Shown here in pieces: positions 54,575 to 64,000 of a stretch of 64,000 nucleotides of DNA (position 1 is its first letter; every line of letters starts with the position of its first letter). The DNA comes from Camelus ferus (Eukaryota). The notes below the pieces were generated by a model. The model worked only from the letters and a program-made list of their open reading frames with translations. It ran no database searches and was not told the DNA's origin. Location of the stretch: positions 46,750,001 through 46,814,000 of the forward strand of contig NC_045697.1 in NCBI RefSeq assembly GCF_009834535.1. The letters are read 5' to 3'. A program made the translations under genes and the position numbers.

Positions 54575-55915
54575 TCTATCAGTCAGGGACCAGCCAACAA
54601 ATCATTCCAGGTAATTTATTTCTTTTTTCTTTTTTTTAAATTGAAGTACAGTTGATTCATAATTGATTTTCAGGTATACAGCAAAGTTATATATATATAA
54701 TTTTTCAGATTCTTTCCCTTTAAAGGTTTTTATAAGATATTGAATATAGTTCCCCATGCTATATAGCAGGTCATTGTTGTTTATCTATTTTATATATATT
54801 AGTGTCTATCAGTTAATCCCAAATTCCTAATTTATCCCTCCCCCTGCTTTTCCTTTTGGTAACCAAAAGTTTGTTCCCTGTGTCTGTCTCTTTTTGTTTT
54901 GTAAATAAGTTCATTTGTATCATTTTTTTCCCTTAGATTCTACATATAAGTGATATCATACGTTATTTGTCTTTCTCTGTCTGGCTTACTTCACTGAGTA
55001 TGATAATCTCTAGGTCCATCCATGTTGCTGCAAATGGCATTATTTCATTCTTTTTTATGGCTGAGTAGTATTCCCTTATATATATGTGTATGTGTGTGTG
55101 TGTGTGTGTGTGTATACACCATGTCTTCTTTACCATCTGTCTGTCAATGGACATTTAGGCTGCTTCCACATCTTGGCTATTGTAAATAGTGCTGCTATGA
55201 ACTTTGAGGTGCATGTATCTTTTCAAATTAGAATTTTCATCTTTTCTGGATATTTGCCTAGCAGTGGGATTGCTGGATTATATGGTAAGTCTATGTTTAG
55301 TTTTTTAAGAAACCTTCATACTGTTCTCCATCATGGCTGCACCAGTTTATATTCCCACCCACAATGTAGGAGGGTTCCGTTTTCTCCACACCCTCTCCAG
55401 CATTTATTACTTGTAGACCTTTTGATGATGGCCATTGTGACTGATATGAGGTAGCAGATAATTTAAATTGAGAAACTTAATACATGTGTAATAAGTGATA
55501 GAAGAGCTGAGAAGCCAACAGGGGATGGTGATGCAACCAGAAGATTAGCAATGGTAAGAAACCAGCACCACTTCTAGGGCTGGAGGGACAAAAGGGTAAG
55601 TCTTATTACCAGAGACTAGAAGCCATGGTTGCCTGGTGGGAAAACTAGAATTCAGCAGAGGCTGTCTGGTGGGTAGCTAAAACCACAGGGGAAACCAGCC
55701 ACTGCAGGAAGATGCTATCCAAAGATAAGCTAGTAGGAGAGAAACACCTTGGCTTCTCCCATCCTTCTTCTCTCCCATCCCCCACCCCACTCCCACCCCC
55801 AGGCTTCCTATGGACCAAATCTCCTTGGAAGCTGGTTGGAAAGTAAGTCTAAGATACATGGTTTATGGGTGAGAGGTTGGAAATGAATATTAGTACAACA
55901 GACAATGTCCAACCC
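54575..55915. mobile_element. ERVL-type LTR split by an L1 insertion
   Basis: Sequence is continuous across the L1 TSD; 'gagaagccaacaggggatggtg...ctagggctggagggacaaaagg' resembles ERVL LTRs. Confidence 0.5.
54619..55454 (-). mobile_element. 5'-truncated lineage-specific L1 with TSD and internal (GT)n
   Basis: Poly(T) start; reverse ORF gives [27 protein letters not shown] (ORF2 C-terminus); TSD caggtaattta/cagataattta. Confidence 0.9.
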
Positions 55916-58624
55916 ACTTCCCAAGGCATTAAAGAGGAACCTAGAGCTGTAAACCAACTGCTAAATTATGTCCAATTTACTTTTCTTTTATATAATAAAA
56001 ATGATCTGCAAATCTCTGAGTAGCCTAGACATTATAGCATTTGGTACATAATGTAGTTGGTTAGGGAAAGTAATGCTAAGTATAGAAAGTGATGCAGCAT
56101 AAGTACTATCATATTTTCTCATTAAGTGCTTAAGCAACAATAATGGATATCATTACACAAAAATATGTACTATAATCATAGAATTTTTGGACTGCATAAA
56201 GAAATGATTTAGTCTGTCTTAATATAGTTATACCTCTAATTGCATATTCATTATGTAAGCATTCAGTCAAGACCTACTATGCAGCATACAATTTGCTAGC
56301 CCCCAGAAAAAAAATAAAAACTATTTTCATAAGATAGGGTCATATCCTCAAAAAACAAACAAGATAAGAATTAAGAATAAAGTAAATGATACAAACATAG
56401 ATATGATTGAGAGGAGCATACAAATAAGGAAGTAATTCATTTTTCCAGGGGAGAGTGAGTCAAAGAAGACTACATGAAAGAGAGGATACTTGAGCCAAAC
56501 CTGAAAAGATAAGGAAAAGTCAAAGCAAATGTTATGTTTTTCTGAAGCCTTCCCAGGCTCTTCCCTCATACACACAATAATTATTATAATCATTGCTTAC
56601 ATATCTCCTTTCTGGATCAATTACAGTGCTGAATCATCTGTTTACTTCAAGAAAATGCTTAAAAAGAATCCAGTATTTTTCCATCCACTTGGTACTGCAA
56701 GAAACCTAGCAGAGATTGCATTGCATGCTATGGTGTTACCTTCTTTTTCTGTCATTCCTAACCCTGTCCCCTTGCTGTCCTGCTTCCTATATACTACTGA
56801 ATATTTTATAGTAGCCGATCTTTGTTCTAGTTTGTTTTCTTTTCCAGTACAATCCAAGAGCCAAACAAACCTGCAATTCACATTGACCCAAGTTCCTTGA
56901 GACTATATTGAAAGACTTTCTTTGATCTCCCACATTTGGAAAAGGATTTAGATAATATTTTATATACTGGAAACCCTGCCCTTATCCAAGATGTTGATGG
57001 ACTTCTGTTAGCCACCTTAAATCTCACCACTTGTGTAGACCTTACCTGTTAGAAAGCCTCTAAAAATTTATCTGATGCTTGTCTCAGATTCATTACATAG
57101 GACATTACATATCTATACCAATAGGAGTGAGGTCATTTTCTGGGATAAAAACTTGTCTCAGGGTCCCAAGGCCCACCCAAATTTCACAAATGTCCACCCT
57201 CTTGGGTACAGCTAGATACTGCTTACATAGTATATTGGATATTCTTCTAATCCAAAGCTTCTATTGCATCCAGTTTAAATGAACATCCTATCACAAGATG
57301 CCAAAGAGTCTTTTTTCTCCTTTAAACAAACCTTGTAGAGAACCCTAGCACTAAGTCTTCTTGGTAATTACAAGCTTATATATTTTTATGCTGTGAGGAA
57401 AAAGAAACTGTTTTTAGGTGTGAACACAAATCCATGAAGACAAAGAACAGCCCATTGTTTGGTATGAGTCAGTTCTGCCCCAGCCTCTCTGACTATGCTA
57501 TTCCCTACACATCACAGCACTCCTAAAGACACAATCATATTTTAATGTTAGCCTAACAAAATATGCAATGTTATTCTCTGCAAGCAGAGAAGGCTGGGCT
57601 TATATTAAACCCAGTCTGTTTGCTCCCGTTTCAATACAAGGGGAGTTTCTTGACTGTCTTACAGCCACTGCCCACTGTTTAAACTCGGTGTTAATGTCAG
57701 AAACTCTTTTTCCCAAAATTATTGATTTCATATTTTATGTAGCTATGCCCTGTCAATGACCAGAAAAAAAGGTGGGTTTGGAGTATGCAGCAGCATGAGA
57801 AAGTAGAAAATTCTTCTTTGCTATTTACTCTTGCTTATCCACATGACTGAATTTATAATTTTTGGTCTTGTTTATAATTATGGACAATGGAGGAAACAAT
57901 GAGAGTTCACTTCAGTAGGTATAAAAAATATTTATTTGTTCATTTGTTGATGATCTGTTATACATTATCATATAGCTGTCATAAGGTGTTTTGCTCTCTA
58001 AATGACTTAGGCATGAAAATGCTTTGGCTCACACTACAGTCAAAGTAACTGCCATTTTCCTTTTCTGGGTCTAACTAGTTGCCTTTGAAAACTCTTTTTG
58101 TTGTTGTCTTACCCTAAGATTAGGCCTCATACTCAGGATTAAACAGACTCAAACAAATAAAACTTACTGGTTAATCTGGTGCCTCTTCTTCCCAAGTTTG
58201 CATAGGCCCAAGGATCTTTTTCATCTTTCTTTCATGGCCTAGGGAATAAAAAAAAGATAAACAAAAGAGATGAAAATACAAGCGATAGATTAATAATTGA
58301 TATGTGAGTTTTGATTTCTTCTAAGTTGGTCTATTCACACTTGCCCCATTTGTCAAGCCTATACTTGGGGAAGTCAAGTAAATATACAATGTTCCTATAA
58401 AAGAACACAATGTACTCAAATTCTGATAGTCCAAACCATTTTAGGAAGAAACTATTACAGAAGAACCAAATGACTTCCTGGATTATGCTTTGAGAGCCAT
58501 GTCATCTCAAAACACATATCCTTGTTCTTGGAGAGAGGTATAACATAAAAGAGACATTTCTGAATGGAAATAATATTGGTAAATAACTTCCAATGTATAG
58601 AGTCAATTAAAACATTAAGCGGTG

Positions 58625-59690
58625 CTAGATGGATAGACTATCCATATGAGCAAAAACCAGCTGAACCTCTACATCACAACATACACAAAAATAAATTCCA
58701 ATGGACTGAATATCTAAGCATAAAATGTAAAACAATAAAGTTTTTGGGAGAAAACATAGAAGAATGTCTCTGTGTCCCTGGAGTTGGCAAAGATTTCTTA
58801 AACAGGACACAAAAAGCACTAACCATGAAATTAAAACAAAAACAAAACCAAAACCGGACAAATTGGACTATGTTAAAATTCCTACTTGGTGTCAAAAATC
58901 ACCATTAAGAGAATGAAAAATCAACCAATTGAGGGGGATGCTATTCACTATAAGTATATCTGACAAAGGACACATATCCAGAACATATATTTTTAAAAAA
59001 CGTTAATGAGAAAAAGACATATAACCCAATAGAAAAATGAACAAAGGACTTGAACAACCACTTCATAAAAAGAATATATAGAATGGTTAATAAGCATACT
59101 AAAAAACGTGCTCAACTTCACTAGCGATTAGAGAAATACAAAAGAAAACCATAATCCCCCGCCCCCAAGAATGCGTAAAACGAAAAAGATGAGGAAATAC
59201 TAAATGTTGATAAAAATGTGCAGCAACCATTCTGGAACATTGCTTGGCAGTATTTATACAAAAGTTGAATATCATAGTATCTTCTGACCAGTAATTCTAA
59301 TCCCAGGTAAATATGCATGTATTTTTGTTGATACATGTTCCAAAACATTTAGCTACACTAGTCATACTATTCCCAAATTGGAAATAGCACAAACGGCCAA
59401 CAACACTCCAATAGGTGAAAAAAGAGTGATACATTTAGGCAACAGAATACCAAACTGGAAAGAGTATGAAGAACACACAATTACACAAAACAAGGTAGCT
59501 GAAGCAAGTATCCAGCGGGGTGAAAGTTGCTCTTGGAACAGGGGGCAGGAAGGACTGGAAGGGGCATGAAGAGGGGCTTCTGGGGTGCTCGCGATGTTCT
59601 AGTTCTTCCTCTAGATTCTGGTTACATGGGTTTCTTCAGTTCGTGAAAATTTATACAGATGTATCCATATTAAAAGTTAAAACTGAAACA
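58625..59690 (+). mobile_element. Old L1 ORF2-3'/3'UTR fragment abutting the NAA11 promoter
   Basis: 'ggcaaagatttcttaaacaggacacaaaaagcactaacc', 'tatatctgacaaagga', 'aaaggacttgaacaaccacttcataaaa'. Confidence 0.8.
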
Positions 59691-59765
59691 AATATCAGAA
59701 TAATGACAGCAACGGATCAGACCTTGCATTAAAAACTCCTGAGAGCCTAATGAACTCCACTTCCC

Positions 59766-59860
59766 ACCCCCGCCCCGCCAAGCCCTGCGCGCTTGCGCGC
59801 ACAATGACGTGAGGACCTCATTGGCTGCAACTAGGGGCGGGCTTCCGGAAGCCGCGTCTT
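59766..59860 (+). promoter_or_regulatory. NAA11 TATA-less CpG-island promoter
   Basis: GC boxes (59767-59779, 59834-59842); NRF1-like TGCGCGCTTGCGCGC (59786-59800); CRE-like TGACGTGA (59805-59812); inverted CCAAT (59820-59824); palindromic double ETS site GGCTTCCGGAAGCC (59840-59853). Confidence 0.8.
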
Positions 59861-59862
59861 AG

Positions 59863-60648
<786 letters not shown>

Positions 60649-60748
60649 CGACAGTGGCACTGACAGCAAGGAACCCAGTGAGTCCACGGAAAGCACGTAC
60701 GTCCAGGACAGCTCAGAAGACTCAGATTCCACCTCCTAGAACCTGCTT

Positions 60749-60757
60749 AAGGTATGC
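60749..60757 (+). other. Candidate 5' splice donor of the NAA11 3'UTR intron (AAG|GTATGC)
   Basis: Donor-like motif 12 nt after the canonical TAG; from recall, human NAA11 has a 3'UTR intron starting at about this offset. Confidence 0.6.
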
Positions 60758-61119
60758 CTTCTCCCTTCCCTGACCCAGTCTCTTTCTCCCCTAGATTCCT
60801 GCACCACACCTGGGTCGGCCCTATTCTATCCCATTCTAGCTCTGCTAGGTTTCACTGTGAAAACCACCTGTTGACATTCGGGAGGAGTGTAGAGTGGGTT
60901 GGGGGAAACTCATTGCTCAGTATTGGAAGTTATAAGGACTCAATACTGAAAGTAGATTAAATTCAGTAAAGAAACAAGTATTTATCCTGTCTTTTCGGTA
61001 TGAATTTTATTTCAGGTATCCACATAATTAATGAAAGAAATTTCTTCTTTATAGAATGACAGCTAATAAAGGCAGAAAGAATGATTGAATTGTAAAATTG
61101 CCATTTTGCAACTCTTGAT

Positions 61120-61940
61120 GAAATAATAGATCTAGCCAGTTGTCATCAGTGGCTAATAGGTGAAAAGTTGGAGCACTTTGCAATGATGGATCAGACTGGC
61201 AACATCTGAAGTCAATGTTCAACATCATGATAAGAGAGACAAATATGTGCCTCCTAATGCAATTGGAAGTGCACAGGGTCACTTATGAAATATTCTTGCA
61301 AAAAGAAAATCTTATGTATGTGTGTGTGTATAAAATTAATCTCGAATCCAAACAAAGCTCTAGATCTATCATTTTTATTTAAAAAAAAAAAAAAAGAGAG
61401 AGACATGTTAAGCTACAATTAGCCAAATCCAGATGAGAGAATTTGAACGGAACAAATGACCTGGTTTCTTCAACAAATAAACGTCATTTTTAAAAATGGG
61501 AGGAGGAATTTATCTATTAAAACCACGTTTAGAGATATATTAACCAAATACAACCATTGTGGACACTGTTTGGATCTTGATTTAAAAAAACCAAATATAA
61601 TACATTTTGAGATGACCAGGCATAATCTGAACGTGGACTGTATGCTATTAAGGAACTGTTAATAATTTTGTTAGGTGAGCTAAATGGTGTTGTAGTATTA
61701 TGTTCAAGTCCTTATCTGTTAGAGATACATATTGAAATAATTGGTTGAAATAATACGAGGCCTAGGATTTACTTTAAAATACTCCAGCCAAAAAACAGGG
61801 GGGCGGGGAGAGGTTGGGAAGGGGGGACATAGATAAAATAAGAATGGCAATATGTAATAATTGTTGAAGTTGGGTACTTGAGGGGTTCATTATACTATTC
61901 TTCACTCTTAAATGTGAAAAATCAACATGGAAAGTCAAAA
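61120..61940 (+). mobile_element. Old L1 3'UTR (L1MC/MD-like)
   Basis: 'gtccttatctgttagagatacatattgaaat', 'tgttgaagttgggtacttgaggggttcattatactattct'. Confidence 0.75.
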
Positions 61941-63314
61941 AACAATTACTGTTCTTCCTACTACACAGTAACACTAATACTAAGCAGCCACTGAAAAGTA
62001 GTTTTAAAAGACTATTTAATTTCCATCTAAGAACTTTATAACACCTTCAGAATTTCAAGAGTCAATTTAGAAACTTTAAATTCTAAACCTACTCACCTTA
62101 CACTCACATGTGAAAAAAGCAACAACTTTCTCATAACAAAGATGAATCATGAGTGACACACACTGCATATAATTAAAATAATTACTGTTTGATTAATTTA
62201 CTCATTCATAAAATTTTGTATTTGCCTGGCTTGGAGCTTAGTATACTCCAGTGATTAGGACAGGCTGACGTTTACATTATAGCATTTAAGGGTAAATGGA
62301 CTATATTTTTCGTACATTTTGATGCTGAAACCTCATCTGTATAGCAGACTAATCCCATTTTACTTTTATTCACTTATGGTTCCATACATTATAAAAATTT
62401 AGATACAGTAAGTTCATGAAGGTTAGAAAGAGCGTATCTTCAGAGGAGTCCTTCTTTGCATCTGTCATTTAACAACCTGAAGGTTTCACAGTGACCAATT
62501 CATTTGGTCGAAGCTTAAGACAAAGGCAGCAAATCAGTCTAAAAGGGAAGATAAAATTAAACAAAACTTAATGCCTTGAGAGAAGTGTTGTCAAATTTAC
62601 CCCTGCCTAAAAATCCTGGAGGGCTCTATCAAGACTTTTTTTTTTTTTTAATGAACAAGCCTTTAAAAAATTTATCAATTTAAAAAATATCTGTATAGAA
62701 TGAGTTGTGTAATATTGATCTCATCTTTGTGGTTATTGGCTTCTCCTCAGTTACTACACTCTACCTGAGAAAGATTTTAAGTAGAACAGAGCTAACTAGA
62801 GATTGTTTTAACACTGTATTTATATAGTTTGGTATATTACATATATAATTTGATGAATTCAAAAGCACTTAATATCTGCTATGAGAAACAAAAATAACTA
62901 TAACCCTAGTAGGGGAAGAGAAATAATAAATAATAGTAAGAAAATTATTCTGTGGCAGTTATAAATCTGAGTGTCCAAATTCAGGAATAATTCAAATGTT
63001 TCTTTCTGTCACTGTAATTGAAGTTTATTTCTAAGATGAAGGAGATATTTACTTAACATCACTGTCCTTCTGGTGTGATATCTGCTCAGACATCTTCATT
63101 AGCCCCATCTAATCTTTGGTCCTCACTATTCCCTTCTGGGTCATTTCCAGTCAAAGTCCTCTTCAGGTCTGGGATGCCCACTGCCATGTTTGGGCCATGT
63201 TGGTAGCAAGAATATTAGTATGCATAGGCTAATTGTTCTAAAAATTAACCTCCAAATCTCAGTAACTTAATATAATAACAGCTAATTTCTCACATCAAAA
63301 TAGTAATAATCACT

Positions 63315-63600
63315 AATAGCACTATGAGAATTCTAGGTTATAGGTACTATTCTAAGTACTGTGTGTGAATTATCTCATTTAATCCTCTTAATATTCCTCT
63401 GAAGTAAGTACTGTTACTTCAAGATGAGGGCTGCATATCATTCAGATAATAAATGGGATGAAAACTCAGGTGGCAAGACTCCACCATGGCAGGGATTAAA
63501 TGAGACAATCTCTATAAATTGCTTAGAACAGTATCTCATACACAGTTAAATATTCTGTAAATTCTAGTTCTTTATATAATCTGTAGTAATAATAACCATT
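63315..63600. mobile_element. MIR fragments
   Basis: 'attatctcatttaatcctcttaatattcctctgaagtaagtact', 'ggattaaatgagacaat...cttagaacagtatct'. Confidence 0.6.
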
Positions 63601-64000
63601 CAGGCTCTTTTCTTTTCTTCTCCACAGTAATCAAATGATAGAATGTTGTGTATAAGCAGCAACAGTTTGCAATCTTGGAAGGGAGACGCATCTTAATGAT
63701 TAAAATAGCTTTCACTGACAAGCTGAATGTCAAAGCATTCAGCTGAATCAACGCTCATCAACAGCAAAGTTTCTAGGGAGCCATAGCAATGAAGACAGGT
63801 CAGTTCAAAACATGCTAGTTGAGGCAGGAATGCCATCAAATTGATGCTTATCTCTTGACAAGAAATATGTGGATGATTAATAACAAAGAGGAGAAAAATG
63901 CAAAATCTTAAAATCTTCCATTGAGCTGGCAGTATTGAGTTAACCAAGGTTACTTCAGTGACTCTCCCTTTCTGGTTTATTCTTTCTGTCGCTAAGCTGT

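Noticed and set aside
54963..55454. ORFs of 63 and 122 aa
   Set aside because: L1 ORF2 C-terminus and its antisense; not host genes.

Overview
Mammalian (AT-rich, eutherian) genomic window, not prokaryotic. It spans the conserved GK2-NAA11 interval. The 3' part of the intronless glycerol kinase 2 retrogene lies at the start (to 946, +) and the intronless N-alpha-acetyltransferase 11 retrogene with its CpG-island promoter lies at about 59.76-60.75 kb (+). Most of the interval is old L1, L2, MIR, MaLR/ERV LTR and hAT transposon debris. The form of the younger L1 3' ends and the lack of recognisable Alu/B1/BovA/PRE1/Can-SINE suggest a cetartiodactyl, probably a camelid (inference). Main observations: (1) NAA11 carries an apparent +1 frameshift at about 60571. 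It replaces the conserved acidic C-terminal tail and puts the stop about 103 nt upstream of a candidate 3'UTR splice donor, which predicts NMD if the base is real. (2) A ~39-bp copy of the GK2 C-terminal coding sequence sits inside an L1 about 1.85 kb downstream, suggesting a templated insertion. (3) A heavily decayed but strongly CpG-rich MRPS15 retropseudogene (8.8-9.5 kb, -) looks like an orphan CpG island next to a solo ERV LTR. (4) Two L1 insertions have 5'-inversion (twin-priming) architecture. I found no evidence of a wholly new multi-gene system. Repeat family names and comparisons with human proteins come from recall of consensus sequences, not a database search; repeat boundaries are approximate.
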